Part shown: piece after piece, positions 1-11,100 of the stretch
Layout: every line of letters starts with the position of its first letter
How positions within the stretch are numbered: the first letter of the stretch is position 1
Sequence record: DRR378314_524
DNA: 50,841 nucleotides
Reading direction: 5' to 3' (one strand)
Position numbers and translations under genes: made by a program
Notes under the pieces: generated by a model
Told to the model about the DNA's origin: nothing
The model's database searches: none
The model's input: only the letters and a program-made list of their open reading frames with translations

Positions 1-157
1 TCTTACCGCACCCTTTCACCCTTACCTGAAATCAGGCGGTTTGCTTTCTGTGGCACTTTCCCTGGGGTCGCCCCCGCCGGCCATTAACCGGCACCGCATT
101 TCCGTGGAGCCCGGACTTTCCTCTTCTCCGAAAAGAAGCGATCATCCAGCCATCTGG
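1..157 (-). ncRNA. rnpB: RNase P RNA, bacterial class A (5' portion; runs off the window start)
   Basis: The reverse complement reads CCAGATGGCTGGATGATCGC...GAGGAAAGTCCGGGCTCCACGG...GGGGGCGACCCCAGGGAAAGTGCCACAGAAAGCAAACCGCC...GGTAAGGGTGAAAGGGTGCGGTAAGA. It contains the universal GAGGAAAGTCC, AGTGCCACAGAAA and GGTGAAAGGGTGCGGTAAGAG blocks. Confidence 0.97.
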
Positions 158-164
158 TGGAAAC

Positions 165-193
165 TGATTACTCTCAACCCTTTAACGGGTCAA
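165..193 (-). promoter_or_regulatory. Putative sigma70 promoter of rnpB
   Basis: Minus strand TTGACC-N17-TAATCA ends about 7 nt before the predicted RNA 5' end. The -35 element overlaps the amidase stop codon. Confidence 0.55.
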
Positions 194-885
194 GTGTTCC
201 GTTGCCCGGCAATCACTGTGGCAAGCTTTAAGGTTTCCGGATCTTCCGTTCCGGTAATCGATTTTGGTCGCCAATGACGTTGAAAAGCTGCGATCGTTTC
301 AACGGATCCCGGCTTGTCATATCCAATGCGCCCAAGGGCTTCAGTCAGCTTCATCTCGCAACCAGGCTCTTGAAGTGATCCGCTCTCTGGCCAATATCCG
401 ACACCCGCATTTGCCAGCATTGCCCAGTCAAACAATTCACCAGGGTCCTGCTTTCGCATCGGTGCAATATCCGAATGACCAACCACATTCAAAGGATGTA
501 TTTGATACCGCTCAACAATCCGCTGGCTAAGCGCTGTTACAGCCCGCATCTGATCCTCTGGAAACGGGACATATCCAAATTCATGGCCGGGATTTACAAT
601 CTCAATACCGATGGATGCCGAGTTAACATCCATAATGCCATTCCAGAAACTCACCCCAGCATGCCAGGCTCGTTTTTCTTCGGCGACAAGTTGGTCGATG
701 GCGCCATCCTCTGATACCATGTAATGGGCGCTGACGCCTGCGTCTGGATCACGCATACGCAGCAGCGCATCTTCCCCCGATTTCATTCCAGTATAATGCA
801 GGACTAAAAGGGAAATGGCTGCAGTTTCCCGACGATCATTAAAATTAGGAGAAGGCGACTGCAGGATCGTCAAATCTGCCATCAA
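190..885 (-). CDS. N-acetylmuramoyl-L-alanine amidase (AmpD/AmiD, Amidase_2) with a C-terminal PG-binding-like segment
   Basis: Zn-amidase motifs LVLHYT, SAHY, RAWHAG, SIGIE, GHSDIAP and KQDPG; C-terminal AFQRHWRP. Confidence 0.93.
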   Translation of the reverse strand: MMADLTILQSPSPNFNDRRETAAISLLVLHYTGMKSGEDALLRMRDPDAGVSAHYMVSEDGAIDQLVAEEKRAWHAGVSFWNGIMDVNSASIGIEIVNPGHEFGYVPFPEDQMRAVTALSQRIVERYQIHPLNVVGHSDIAPMRKQDPGELFDWAMLANAGVGYWPESGSLQEPGCEMKLTEALGRIGYDKPGSVETIAAFQRHWRPKSITGTEDPETLKLATVIAGQRNT

Positions 886-1625
886 ATTCCCCGCGTCTTG
901 GCAATCTCATCATAGGCTGCATTAATTTTTGCCAGCTTATCATTTGCCAGATCTATTGCCTCCTGCGGCAACCCTTGGGAAATTACGGTATCCGGATGGT
1001 TTTCCCGGATCAGTTTTCGGTAAACCTTCTTCAACTCTGCATCAGAAACAGAAGGCTCAACCCCAAGAATACGATAGGGATCCTGTGACGCGGCACCTGA
1101 ATGCATGCTGCGCAAGCGATCATAGTCATGATCTGTCATCCCAAAGATGCTTGCAATGGTTTTCAAATAGGCGTCTTCATCTGGGTGCAGGACGCCATCG
1201 GCCATGGCAATGGCAAACAGGCTGATCAGCAAATCTTCCTTGATTTGCGGGTTATGGCGAAACATACGCGCAACTTGATTGGCGTAGGCTTCGTAACCGG
1301 CAGTATGCTGACGGGCTTTATCAAAGAATTTGCCAAAGTTCGCCTCTTCTTCTTTTGGAATTCGAAAAACGCGCTTAAAAGCATCCACCTCATCACGGGT
1401 CACCACACCATCAGCCTTTGCCATTTTCGCGCCAAGGGCGACGACTGCTACTGTGAAAGCGACCTGCTTCAATCCTGTATCAATTGTCTCCGGCGTTTCA
1501 TCATCGTCATCTGTATCCCGGTATTTATCCACGACATGACCAGCCACTCCCCCCAGGAGTGCACCGATAGGCCCACCCAGGATCAGTCCGGCGGCACCAC
1601 CCAATAATTTTCCCCAAATCGCCAT
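882..1625 (-). CDS. djlA: DjlA co-chaperone (N-terminal TM, TerB-like domain, J domain)
   Basis: N-terminal GGPIGALLG TM segment, MAKADG TerB motif, and a C-terminal J domain with DPYRILG and HPD. Confidence 0.92.
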   Translation of the reverse strand: MAIWGKLLGGAAGLILGGPIGALLGGVAGHVVDKYRDTDDDDETPETIDTGLKQVAFTVAVVALGAKMAKADGVVTRDEVDAFKRVFRIPKEEEANFGKFFDKARQHTAGYEAYANQVARMFRHNPQIKEDLLISLFAIAMADGVLHPDEDAYLKTIASIFGMTDHDYDRLRSMHSGAASQDPYRILGVEPSVSDAELKKVYRKLIRENHPDTVISQGLPQEAIDLANDKLAKINAAYDEIAKTRGI

Positions 1626-1875
1626 TGCGTACCCTTTTGTCAGCGTTTCCAGAACTATAGCAAGCGACAGATCATTCGACTAGCCTTTGACACTGTGACA
1701 AATGACCGCTTGTTTCGAAGATCCAAGTTCCCCTTCATTTACAGTGACCGGTTAAATTGACTTTTCGTTCAAAATATGGCGTTGTTGGAGTTCAATCATT
1801 TTCGAGAACCGGAACCTTCACAATAATCCGGCAAGATTTGATCCGTGTGTAAACCCCTTATCTGAGACGACCGCC

Positions 1876-3087
1876 ATGATAACACGTGACTGGAGAAGCC
1901 CTGAAATTCTATTGATGGTGACGGCCGCCGCCTGGGGCGCGGGTTTCGCGGTCTGGATGGCACTCCTCAACAACTTCGCCGTTGATGTGGTGAATTTTAC
2001 GGGCCGGGAAATCGGCATTCTTCAGTCTTTGCGAGAAATCCCGGGATTACTCGCGTTCACAGTGATTTTTGTTCTTTTGATCATTGCTGAGCAACGATTA
2101 CTGGTTCTCTCGTTGCTTGTTTTTGGAATTGGCGTCTCTATCACTGGTCTTTTTCCAACCGAATATGGTTTCTATTTCACAACCATTCTGATGTCCGTTG
2201 GATTTCACTATCACGAAACTTTGCGGCAATCCCTAACCCTGCAATTGGTCAGCAAGGAACGTGCGCCTTTGGTTATGGGCAAGCAACTTTCAGCGCAGGC
2301 TTTTGCCTCGCTCGCGGTTTATGGCGTGATCTTTGTCGCGACAAAATATTTGGGGCTTGAGTTCGCGACCCTTTACGCACTGGGTGGATCGGTATCGATT
2401 TTTGCTGCATTGGTTTGCTGGGGTGCATTTCCACAGTTTCATGTGGAAGTTATTCAAACCAAAAAAATCGTTCTTCGCAAACGATACTGGCTCTATTACG
2501 CGCTCACATTTCTAGCCGGTGCCCGGCGGCAAATCTTTATGGTTTTCGCCGGCTTTATGATGGTTGAAAAATTTGGCTATGACGTCTCAACGATCACGGC
2601 GCTTTACCTGATTAATCATGCCATTAACATCTTTTTGGCCCCGAAAATTGGCCGGCTGATTGCCCATTGGGGAGAACGCAAAGCCCTGGTCTTTGAATAT
2701 TCCGGTTTGGTCCTTGTTTTTATCGCCTATGCTTTTGTGACCAATGCAACATTTGCAGGTGCCCTGTACGTCATTGACCATTTGTTCTTTGCCTTTGCCA
2801 TCGGAATCAAAAGCTATTTCCAAAAAATTGCCAACCCCAAGGATATGGCATCCACAGCCAGCGTCAGTTTTACGATCAATCATATCGCGGCAGTTGTTAT
2901 TCCTGTCTTGTTTGGCATTCTCTGGCTGACCTCACCGGCGAGTGTATTTCTGGCAGGTGCGGCAATGGCAGGTCTGTCCCTATTTGCATCGTTGAACATC
3001 CCGCGAACCCCTGAGCCCGGCAACGAGACCGTAAAAGGTCCACGTTTCCCTGAGGATGAGGTTCTCATTCAGACAAAAATCGCTTAA
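1876..3087 (+). CDS. MFS transporter, substrate unknown
   Basis: 403 aa with about 12 hydrophobic segments; GRLIAHWGER resembles MFS motif A. Confidence 0.85.
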   Translation: MITRDWRSPEILLMVTAAAWGAGFAVWMALLNNFAVDVVNFTGREIGILQSLREIPGLLAFTVIFVLLIIAEQRLLVLSLLVFGIGVSITGLFPTEYGFYFTTILMSVGFHYHETLRQSLTLQLVSKERAPLVMGKQLSAQAFASLAVYGVIFVATKYLGLEFATLYALGGSVSIFAALVCWGAFPQFHVEVIQTKKIVLRKRYWLYYALTFLAGARRQIFMVFAGFMMVEKFGYDVSTITALYLINHAINIFLAPKIGRLIAHWGERKALVFEYSGLVLVFIAYAFVTNATFAGALYVIDHLFFAFAIGIKSYFQKIANPKDMASTASVSFTINHIAAVVIPVLFGILWLTSPASVFLAGAAMAGLSLFASLNIPRTPEPGNETVKGPRFPEDEVLIQTKIA

Positions 3088-3090
3088 CGC

Positions 3091-3243
3091 TTAATTTTCT
3101 GGCTTATCGTCATCCAGCAAAATCCGGTTGGCAGCTCCGTCCAGGTCATCATATTGACCGGATTTCAAGCTCCACAGGAATGCAGCAAGGCCGATACCAC
3201 CCATAAATAAAGCAATGGGGATCAGATAAATCAGGACGTTCAC
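3091..3243 (-). CDS. ccoS: cbb3-type oxidase maturation protein CcoS/FixS (50 aa, not in the ORF track)
   Basis: Manual translation from a GTG overlapping the ccoI stop: MNVLIYLIPIALFMGGIGLAAFLWSLKSGQYDDLDGAANRILLDDDKPEN*. It has the FixS signature FLWSLKSGQYDDL. Confidence 0.95.
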   Translation of the reverse strand: MNVLIYLIPIALFMGGIGLAAFLWSLKSGQYDDLDGAANRILLDDDKPEN

Positions 3244-5564
3244 AGGCTCACTCCTTTTCGGCGGCTCAGGCGCATGGAATTCGCACAGACGATGAGTGAT
3301 GACGCGGACATGGCAATCGCTGCAAAAAGTGGCGTGACTATTCCAACAATTGCAAGCGGGACAGCAATAGCGTTATAGCCAAACGCAAGCCCAAAGTTCT
3401 GCATAACCAGCCGTTGAGAGAACCGGGCAACGCGAACGGTTTCCAAAATGGCGGACAAACTCCGTCCCTGAAAAACAAAATCTGCCGCGGTCTGACTAAC
3501 ATCCGCCGCCGTTGCTGGCGACATGGAAACGTGAGCTGCCGCCAATGCGGGCGCATCGTTCAAACCATCACCAACCATCAGAACTGTGTGGCCTTGAGAG
3601 CGTAACTCTTCAATCCGGGCAACCTTATCCTCTGGCTTTACCTGGGATGTCCAGCTTTCAATTCCAGCAGCCTGCGCCATTGAGCTTGCGACCTCTTCGC
3701 GATCCCCAGAGAGCAGCTCAATCGTTAAGCCCAACTGCTTCAACCCATTAATTGTTTCCGTGGCTTCTGGGCGCAGATGATCTTCGAACAGGAATTGAAC
3801 AGGCGGAGAATTTGGCCGCACGAGCCAAAGCTCAGGTAAAGCATAATTTTGATCTGTATCCAGTTTTGCCTCATCGCCCAGACACCACTGCCGACTACCC
3901 AGTCTGATTTCCCCATCCCCGCTATTGGCACTAAGCCCGCGCCCGGGATGCTCCTGCACGCCAGGGAATTGAACAACTGGACCGGCAGCCCCTCTGCAAA
4001 CCGCCTGAGCGAGTGGGTGGCGGCTGGTCACCGCCAGACGGGCAGCAAGCTCTAACGCGTCCAACTCGATCTGATCCTTGTTAATCAGATCGAGGCGGCC
4101 TTCAGTCAGGGTTCCGGTTTTATCCATCACGATTGTATCAATACCAGCCAGCCGCTCCAAGCCATCAGCAGCTTTGACTAATATCCCGTTCGCCAATAAC
4201 CGGCCGCTCGCAACGACCTGCACCACAGGAACGGCAAGGCCCAAAGCACAGGGGCAGGTCACAATCAAGACGGCGACCGCATTTATCAATGCAATCTGCC
4301 AGTCGGCCCCAAAAAGCCACCAGCCAGCAAAGGTTAATGCTGCCAGAATATGAACTGCAGGGGCATAAAATTCTGCAATGCGATCCGCAATCCGGACATA
4401 GGTCGCCCGGCCCTGTTCCGCATTTTCCATTAGCCGAACAATATCACCAAGAAGAGTATCCTCACCGGTTTTGGTTGCCTCAACCACCACAGGAGCGGTC
4501 AAATTCAACGTCCCGGCATAGACGGCTGTCCCCTCCCCTGCTCGAACGGGAAGGCTTTCACCCGTTACAAGGCTATTATCCACATCGCTCTGGCCGTCCA
4601 TCAGGACACCATCCACAGGGAATCGGTCGCCGACAGCCACATGCACCTGACTGCCCGGCACAACCGTATCAACAGGGACGGATCGATGACTACCGTCAGG
4701 ATCGATAACGGTCGCGGCCACTGCTTTCAACAACAGCAACCGCTCTGCCGCTGATCGCGCTTTCGTTCGTGCCCTGTTGTCCAGATAACGGCCAATTAAC
4801 AGAAAAAAGAGTAACGTCACGGCTGCATCAAAATAGGCGTATTCACCGCTTTGGATCGTCTCTGACAGGCTCATGCCAACGGCCAGAATAACCGCCAGTG
4901 AAATCGGCACATCCATATTCAAACGACCGGCTTTCAATGCCCGCACGGCAGAGCGAAAGAAAACCTGCCCAGAATAAGCAACCGCAGGCATGGCAATTAA
5001 GGCGGATATCCAATGCATGAAGTCGCGGGTTGCTGCGCCCATATCCTCTGAAAAAATTCCTGCCCAAACGGAAACCGACAGCAACATCACGTTGGCCGCA
5101 GCAAATCCGGCAACGCCCATAGCGCGAAGCAGTTTTTTATCTTCCTCATCCGCGACTGACTTCAAAAGAGCCTGATCATAAGGGGTCAACGTATACCCCA
5201 AATTAATGACCGGTCTCACAAGATCAGCCGCAACCGCATCTTCGTCCTTCCAGCGGATTAAAAGACGCCGGGTTGAAAAATTAACCCGAGCCTCTTGAAC
5301 TGCCGGATTGGCTTTCAGCGTTCCTTCAATATTGCGGATACAATTGGCGCAATGCATTCCATCCACCAGCAAATGCAACAAGGCATTTCCATGCTCATCA
5401 TGGGTGACAAAAGCAGATGGATCTGCGGCTACAAAATTTGCAAATTCTGCCTCAGGATTATGGCTATCTGCCAATGACAAAGCACCGCCCGCGCAACAGT
5501 TCGCACCGCCCCGAAATATCGGAGGCTGATAAGATCCGTCAATTTCACGCGCTACTTCACCCAT
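3240..5564 (-). CDS. ccoI: Cu-transporting P1B-type ATPase CcoI/FixI
   Basis: HMA motif GMHCANC, TGES, CPC, DKTGT and GDGLNDAP; located in ccoGHIS. Confidence 0.96.
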   Translation of the reverse strand: MGEVAREIDGSYQPPIFRGGANCCAGGALSLADSHNPEAEFANFVAADPSAFVTHDEHGNALLHLLVDGMHCANCIRNIEGTLKANPAVQEARVNFSTRRLLIRWKDEDAVAADLVRPVINLGYTLTPYDQALLKSVADEEDKKLLRAMGVAGFAAANVMLLSVSVWAGIFSEDMGAATRDFMHWISALIAMPAVAYSGQVFFRSAVRALKAGRLNMDVPISLAVILAVGMSLSETIQSGEYAYFDAAVTLLFFLLIGRYLDNRARTKARSAAERLLLLKAVAATVIDPDGSHRSVPVDTVVPGSQVHVAVGDRFPVDGVLMDGQSDVDNSLVTGESLPVRAGEGTAVYAGTLNLTAPVVVEATKTGEDTLLGDIVRLMENAEQGRATYVRIADRIAEFYAPAVHILAALTFAGWWLFGADWQIALINAVAVLIVTCPCALGLAVPVVQVVASGRLLANGILVKAADGLERLAGIDTIVMDKTGTLTEGRLDLINKDQIELDALELAARLAVTSRHPLAQAVCRGAAGPVVQFPGVQEHPGRGLSANSGDGEIRLGSRQWCLGDEAKLDTDQNYALPELWLVRPNSPPVQFLFEDHLRPEATETINGLKQLGLTIELLSGDREEVASSMAQAAGIESWTSQVKPEDKVARIEELRSQGHTVLMVGDGLNDAPALAAAHVSMSPATAADVSQTAADFVFQGRSLSAILETVRVARFSQRLVMQNFGLAFGYNAIAVPLAIVGIVTPLFAAIAMSASSLIVCANSMRLSRRKGVSL

Positions 5565-6049
5565 AACCTTTTCTCGATGTGATAGGGTTTTTCATAGGTA
5601 CCGGCATCTGCGTACATTTTCAGATCCCAATTTCCGGGTGCCGACACCTTCGCACTGGCCAACAGTTCAGCACCGTTTCTGACGAACACAAGTTCCACAT
5701 CCTGGCCTTCTACTGCAGGACGGATTAACATGCCTGTCACAGAACGAATGTCAACTGCATCACCGGTTTCATCCTCCAAAGAGAAGCTGACCGTTACCTC
5801 AGAATCACCCTCTGCAATGATGTCAATTCGGGGCGTCCAGCCCCGAACCAGTTGCTCTTCGCGGATCGCTAACTCCTCATTATAATTCAGCCCTTTTTTA
5901 TAGGCATCTTGAGTAGAAAGCCCCGAAAAACTGGTCAGCGCAAAATATACGAAAAACCCATTTGCAATCAGCATGAAGGCAAAAAAGCCAATCAAGATGA
6001 ATAAAACATGCCGCCCTTCGAGTTTTTTCTCTGCCATTGCGCTCATCAC
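5552..6049 (-). CDS. ccoH: CcoH/FixH assembly protein
   Basis: N-terminal TM (GRHVL...FF...N...A..SFSG), AY..GL.YN motif; lies between ccoG and ccoI. Confidence 0.9.
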   Translation of the reverse strand: MMSAMAEKKLEGRHVLFILIGFFAFMLIANGFFVYFALTSFSGLSTQDAYKKGLNYNEELAIREEQLVRGWTPRIDIIAEGDSEVTVSFSLEDETGDAVDIRSVTGMLIRPAVEGQDVELVFVRNGAELLASAKVSAPGNWDLKMYADAGTYEKPYHIEKRLWVK

Positions 6050-7533
6050 CTTGGACCTTTAAAAGTTGTTCCTTGCAAGCTTGTTTTACCGGTTACGATA
6101 TCTTTGATCAGGATATCAAAATCCAAACTGCTTTCATCGCCCATCACATCCGGATCCACGGCAATAAACAGTTTAACGGCAGTGACCGCATCGCCGGGCA
6201 CCCGGACAATCATCTCGTGATTTTGGGGTCCTTCTGTCTGTAACCAGATATTATCTGTTTCCAGCCCATCCACCTCAACTTTATATCTACGAGTTTCATG
6301 TAGTTTGTTGAGAATTTTCACCGTATATCCATTACGGATCGTGCCATCGGAAAGCTGAACAAAAAGTGGATTGCGATCCCGGATCACGTTCACATCCAAT
6401 TCAGAGCGCGTCAACAACGCAAACAGCATGATCGCACTGACAACACCCAGAAGCGCTGTATAAGCAATCGTCCGCGGGCGAATAAACCGGACATTCAGCT
6501 TCTGGATCGGCTCTGCGGTTTTTTGCCCTGCATAAGTATCATAACTGATCAACCCTTTCGGCAGGCCAACCTTTTCCATCACGCTATCGCATGCATCAAT
6601 GCAAAGTGCACAGGTGATGCATTCTAACTGGGCGCCATCACGAATATCGATCCCCATGGGGCAGACAGCCACACACTGATTACAATCGATACAGTGCCCG
6701 CGCCCTTCCCAACTATCATTCTTTTTGTGCGGCCCGCGAGGTTCCCCCCGTTTCTCATGATAGGTGACGCTTAAGGACTCCTCATCAATCATGGCCCCCT
6801 GGATCCGTGGCCACGGACACATATAGGTACAGACTTGCTCGCGCATCATGCCGCCAAAGACATAGGTCGTCGCCGTCAACACAGCGATTGTGCTGTAGGC
6901 GATAGGACGGGCATCAAAATAAACCAGATCCCGAAGAAGCGTCGGCGCGTCAGCAAAGTAGAAGACCCAGGCACCCCCAGTCAGTAACCCAATGATCAGC
7001 CAGATAAAATGCTTGCTTACCCTTTTTCGGATCTTCTCAAATGAACGCGGTGCCTTATCGAGCCGTAAGCGGGCATTACGGTCCCCTTCAATCGCCCGTT
7101 CTACAAAAATGAACAGGTCAGTCCAAACGGTTTGCGGACAGGAATAACCACACCAGGCCCGACCGAATAACGATGTCACCAAAAACAAGGAAAGCGCCGC
7201 AACGATCAGGATACCGGTGATATAATAAACTTCCTGAGGCCACAGTTCGATGAAAAAGAAATAGAACCTGTTATGCTCCAGATCGATCAGAACAGCCTGA
7301 TCGGGAGCACCGCCCGGCCGATCCCATCGGATCCAGGGCGTTACGTAATAAATGGCCAGAGTGATCCCCATAATGATCCATTTCAACTGGCGAAAGGTTC
7401 CCGTCGCCTTCTTGGGATGGATCTTTTTGCGCTTTACGTAAAGGGATCGATTTTCTTTTTTATTGACGGGTTGAACGTCAATTTTTTCAATGGGGGCACT
7501 GCTCACTGGTCTAGCTCCAAACTGGTGCGCCAT
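6046..7533 (-). CDS. ccoG: CcoG/FixG 4Fe-4S membrane protein (cupric reductase)
   Basis: WCGYSCPQT and CTYMCPWP motifs; ferredoxin motifs CIDCNQCVAVCP and CITCALCIDAC. Confidence 0.96.
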   Translation of the reverse strand: MAHQFGARPVSSAPIEKIDVQPVNKKENRSLYVKRKKIHPKKATGTFRQLKWIIMGITLAIYYVTPWIRWDRPGGAPDQAVLIDLEHNRFYFFFIELWPQEVYYITGILIVAALSLFLVTSLFGRAWCGYSCPQTVWTDLFIFVERAIEGDRNARLRLDKAPRSFEKIRKRVSKHFIWLIIGLLTGGAWVFYFADAPTLLRDLVYFDARPIAYSTIAVLTATTYVFGGMMREQVCTYMCPWPRIQGAMIDEESLSVTYHEKRGEPRGPHKKNDSWEGRGHCIDCNQCVAVCPMGIDIRDGAQLECITCALCIDACDSVMEKVGLPKGLISYDTYAGQKTAEPIQKLNVRFIRPRTIAYTALLGVVSAIMLFALLTRSELDVNVIRDRNPLFVQLSDGTIRNGYTVKILNKLHETRRYKVEVDGLETDNIWLQTEGPQNHEMIVRVPGDAVTAVKLFIAVDPDVMGDESSLDFDILIKDIVTGKTSLQGTTFKGPR

Positions 7534-7592
7534 TCCTGGTTAGAAATGACGCACCTCATCAAGCAATGGAAAAAGGTGCTTCAAGGGCGGCT

Positions 7593-8459
7593 TTATTCAC
7601 CACCGCCCAATGAATGAACATAAAGGCTGATCTGACGGACAACACTGTCATCCAGACGATCAGTCCAGGCTGGCATCACATTTGCCCGGCCGTTAGCAAT
7701 TGTTTTGACGATTGTGTCCTTATCGCCGCCATAAAACCAAATGGCATCTGTCAGGTTCGGTGCCCCAAAATCGCGACTTCCCTTCGCGTTTTCGCCGTGG
7801 CACGAAGCACATTCATTGGCATAAATTTCCTGACCTCGCGCAACAGCTTCACTATCACGGCCTTCCTGAGACAAAGACAACACATACTCAGCAACATCCA
7901 GAACCTGTTCCTTTTCAAGAATTTCATCCTTGAGGAATGCTGGCATCTCACCGATACGCGTATCTTCATGGTCAGATCGAATGCCGTATTTAACTGTTTC
8001 ATAGATGGCGTCCACAGAACCACCCCACAGCCAATCGTCATCATTCAGGTTTGGAAAACCAGGACCGCCTTGTGCACCTGAGCCATGACACTGCGAACAA
8101 TTCACAGCAAAATGGGACCGACCACCGGCCAGCGCAAATTGATAAAGCTCCCCATTTTCCTTAACTTCTGACAGATCTGCGGTAACCAGGGCATCTGTAA
8201 TCGCTTCGCGGCTTGCTTCAACCGCAGCGATTTCCTGCTCCACTTCACTGCGCGAAGAATACCCGAATGTGCCAGCTGTATAGTCACTGATCATTGGCCA
8301 TGCCGGATATACGACCCAGTAACCAATGGACCAGATAATGGTCAGATAAAAAGTCCATAGCCACCAGCGGGGCATTGGCGTATCCAGCTCTTTAATGCCG
8401 TCCCATTCATGGCCGGTTGTCTCGGTACCCGTGACATCATCTTTTTCCACTTTGGACAT
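7593..8459 (-). CDS. ccoP: cbb3-type cytochrome c oxidase subunit III
   Basis: TTGHEWDGIKEL..PMPRWW N-terminus; two haem motifs, CSQCH and CASCH. Confidence 0.97.
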   Translation of the reverse strand: MSKVEKDDVTGTETTGHEWDGIKELDTPMPRWWLWTFYLTIIWSIGYWVVYPAWPMISDYTAGTFGYSSRSEVEQEIAAVEASREAITDALVTADLSEVKENGELYQFALAGGRSHFAVNCSQCHGSGAQGGPGFPNLNDDDWLWGGSVDAIYETVKYGIRSDHEDTRIGEMPAFLKDEILEKEQVLDVAEYVLSLSQEGRDSEAVARGQEIYANECASCHGENAKGSRDFGAPNLTDAIWFYGGDKDTIVKTIANGRANVMPAWTDRLDDSVVRQISLYVHSLGGGE

Positions 8460-8617
8460 TATTCTTTCTCCTCAAGCGGGATCTGTGCGGCTTTATCAAA
8501 CTTGTCCTTATTCTTTGGCCACAAGGCGTAAGCCAGCACGATCAAAAATAAACCGAACAGATATACCAGCCCATATGTCTGGGCAAAGTGGGAGACCTCT
8601 TGGTAAGTTACATCCAT
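8459..8617 (-). CDS. ccoQ: cbb3-type oxidase subunit CcoQ (52 aa, not in the ORF track)
   Basis: Manual translation: MDVTYQEVSHFAQTYGLVYLFGLFLIVLAYALWPKNKDKFDKAAQIPLEEKE*. It has an AGGAG RBS and a TAATG overlap with ccoP. Confidence 0.95.
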   Translation of the reverse strand: MDVTYQEVSHFAQTYGLVYLFGLFLIVLAYALWPKNKDKFDKAAQIPLEEKE

Positions 8618-8626
8618 AATGTTCTC

Positions 8627-9352
8627 CTATCTGTGGTTAGCTTCCGGGTCATAGGACGTAAAGTCGACCAATGTTCCCATCATCTGTAGATAAGCGATCA
8701 GCGCATCCAGCTCAGAAACCATTTCAGGATTTCCGTCAAAGTTACGCACTTGTGCTTTTGGGTACCTCGCCAACAGATCATCATAAACGTCAGAGTCTGG
8801 ATCGACCTGAGCTTTCAAGTCTACTTCAGCGTTGTCGATCATTTCGTCCGTATAGGGAACACCCAGCATGCGATTAGCCACCAGATCCGCCTTGATATCA
8901 GGCACTCTTAGCTCGGTCTTCTCAAGCCAGGAATAGGATGGCATTACGCTTTCCGGCACCACATCCTGTGGCCGGCGCATATGGGTTACGTGCCATTCGT
9001 CTGAATAGCGCCCCCCGACGCGCGCCAGATCAGGACCTGTTCGTTTGGATCCCCACTGGAATGGATGATCGTACATGCTCTCCGCAGCCAATGAATAATG
9101 CCCATAACGTTCGGCTTCATCCCGAAGCGGACGGATCATCTGACTATGACAGTTGTAGCAACCCTCTCGCAGATAAATATTCCGTCCAGCTAGTTCCAAC
9201 GGACTGTAAGGCCGCACTCCCTTCACTTTTTCAATGGTGCTTTCCAGGTAAAAGAGCGGCGCAATCTCAATGATTCCGCCAATGGAAACCACCACAAGGG
9301 TGAGGACAAGCATCAGTATGGAATTTTTCTCAATAATTTTATGACTGAACAT
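8627..9352 (-). CDS. ccoO: cbb3-type cytochrome c oxidase subunit II
   Basis: [14 protein letters not shown] and [14 protein letters not shown] motifs. Confidence 0.97.
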   Translation of the reverse strand: MFSHKIIEKNSILMLVLTLVVVSIGGIIEIAPLFYLESTIEKVKGVRPYSPLELAGRNIYLREGCYNCHSQMIRPLRDEAERYGHYSLAAESMYDHPFQWGSKRTGPDLARVGGRYSDEWHVTHMRRPQDVVPESVMPSYSWLEKTELRVPDIKADLVANRMLGVPYTDEMIDNAEVDLKAQVDPDSDVYDDLLARYPKAQVRNFDGNPEMVSELDALIAYLQMMGTLVDFTSYDPEANHR

Positions 9353-9357
9353 ATTCC

Positions 9358-10989
9358 CTACCTCCCCACAGCGACTTCGGTGTTGAGGATGACTGTATCC
9401 TCTTCGGTTTTTCGAACATCACCACGAGCAGTTCTCCAAATATTATAAGCCATGATAAAGGACCCGATCAGGAAGAGGATGCCGCCCAAAGCGCGAATGC
9501 CATAGAATGGATGCATCGCTTCCACGGTTTCACTGAAAGAATATTCTAGGAAACCAAAGGCATCATAAGCACGCCACATCAGACCCTGCATGATACCGGA
9601 AACCCACATCGCGGTGATGTAAAGCAGGATACCAATGGTAGAGATCCAATAATGAATGGAAACCAGCTTGTCTGAGTAAAGAGATTTCCGTTTCCAGACA
9701 ATTGGAGCGAGGAAGTAAAGTGCACCAAAGCTGACATAAGCAACCCAGCCAAGCGCACCAGAATGCACATGACCAATTGTCCAATCCGTGTAATGGCTCA
9801 ACGCGTTCACTGCCTTGATGGACATCAATGGACCTTCGAAAGTACTCATACCGTAGAAAGCCACAGAGGTAACCAGGAAGCGGACAACCGGGTCGGTTCT
9901 CAGCTTGTCCCACGCGCCGGACAGTGTCATCAGACCATTAATCATTCCGCCCCATGATGGCATCCACAACATGATTGAGAATGTCATTCCCAAGGTTTGC
10001 GACCAGTCAGGTAGCGCCGTGTAATGAAGATGATGCGGGCCGGCCCAGATATATAAGAAAATCAGCGCCCAGAAATGGATAATGGATAGCCGATAGGAAT
10101 AAACCGGACGGTTTACCCGTTTCGGAATGAAGTAATACATAATCCCAAGGAAACCTGCCGTCAGGAAAAAGCCCACCGCATTATGACCATACCACCATTG
10201 TGTCAGTGCACTTTGCACCCCTGCGAATAAAGAATAACTCTTCGTTCCCGTCAAACTGACCGGCAAAGCAAGGGCATTTACGATATGCAGCATTGCAATG
10301 GTAATAATAAAGGCCAGATAGAACCAGTTGGCCACATAAATGTGTTTTTCCTGGCGTTTCCATAAGGTTACGAGGAATACGAGCAGATAGACAACCCAGA
10401 CGACGGTGAGCCAAATATCGACATACCACTCAGGCTCTGCGTATTCCTTGCCTTGCGTCACACCCAGAAGGTAGCCGGTCGCCGCCAGCACAATAAAAAG
10501 CTGATAGCCCCAGAAGACAAACCAGGGTGAATAAGAGCCTGCCAAGCGGGCCCGGCAGGTTCGTTGCACAACATGGAAAGACGTAGCTATCAGCACGTTG
10601 CCTCCAAAAGCAAAGACGACAGCTGATGTATGCAAAGGACGCAGGCGCCCAAAAGAAGTCCATGGCAAATCCAGATTTAAAACCGGGAACGCCAGTTGCA
10701 GGGCGATTACAACACCAACCAAAAAGCCGACAACACCCCAAAATGTTGATGCGACCACACCGTATTTTACGATTTCAGTATTGTATTCAATTTCACCCGC
10801 CGCGACTGCTGGCTGCGCCTTGGCCCCATATGCCCTGGAAATCAAGGCGTATACGGCCAGAACCGAAGCAATCGCGAATGTCATGCCGTGAATCATCATT
10901 CCTTGGTCTTGTGCCTTGGCAGACATCAAGATACCGAGGACCGCTCCGATGATTGAAAAGCCTATCCATAACAGATTCATACCAGTCAT
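9358..10989 (-). CDS. ccoN: cbb3-type cytochrome c oxidase subunit I
   Basis: [26 protein letters not shown] and [10 protein letters not shown] motifs. Confidence 0.98.
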   Translation of the reverse strand: MTGMNLLWIGFSIIGAVLGILMSAKAQDQGMMIHGMTFAIASVLAVYALISRAYGAKAQPAVAAGEIEYNTEIVKYGVVASTFWGVVGFLVGVVIALQLAFPVLNLDLPWTSFGRLRPLHTSAVVFAFGGNVLIATSFHVVQRTCRARLAGSYSPWFVFWGYQLFIVLAATGYLLGVTQGKEYAEPEWYVDIWLTVVWVVYLLVFLVTLWKRQEKHIYVANWFYLAFIITIAMLHIVNALALPVSLTGTKSYSLFAGVQSALTQWWYGHNAVGFFLTAGFLGIMYYFIPKRVNRPVYSYRLSIIHFWALIFLYIWAGPHHLHYTALPDWSQTLGMTFSIMLWMPSWGGMINGLMTLSGAWDKLRTDPVVRFLVTSVAFYGMSTFEGPLMSIKAVNALSHYTDWTIGHVHSGALGWVAYVSFGALYFLAPIVWKRKSLYSDKLVSIHYWISTIGILLYITAMWVSGIMQGLMWRAYDAFGFLEYSFSETVEAMHPFYGIRALGGILFLIGSFIMAYNIWRTARGDVRKTEEDTVILNTEVAVGR

Positions 10990-11100
10990 CCGTTTAATTT
11001 TGTTTCATAATTAGATGATGAGAAACGCCAGAACTCAACTCCCATTGAGTCAGACACAACCCCTCAGACTGCAAAATGTCCTCATCGCTCAAATATTGCA

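Noticed and set aside
41..277. 78 aa plus-strand ORF
   Set aside because: It is antisense to rnpB and the amidase 3' end, a known kind of spurious ORF.
1757..1772. TTGA-N8-TCAA upstream of the MFS gene as an FNR box
   Set aside because: The spacing is wrong for FNR/FixK.
7551..7579. GCACCT/AGGTGC inverted repeat between ccoP and ccoG
   Set aside because: Only a 6 bp stem with a 17 nt loop and no U-tract; too weak to call a terminator.
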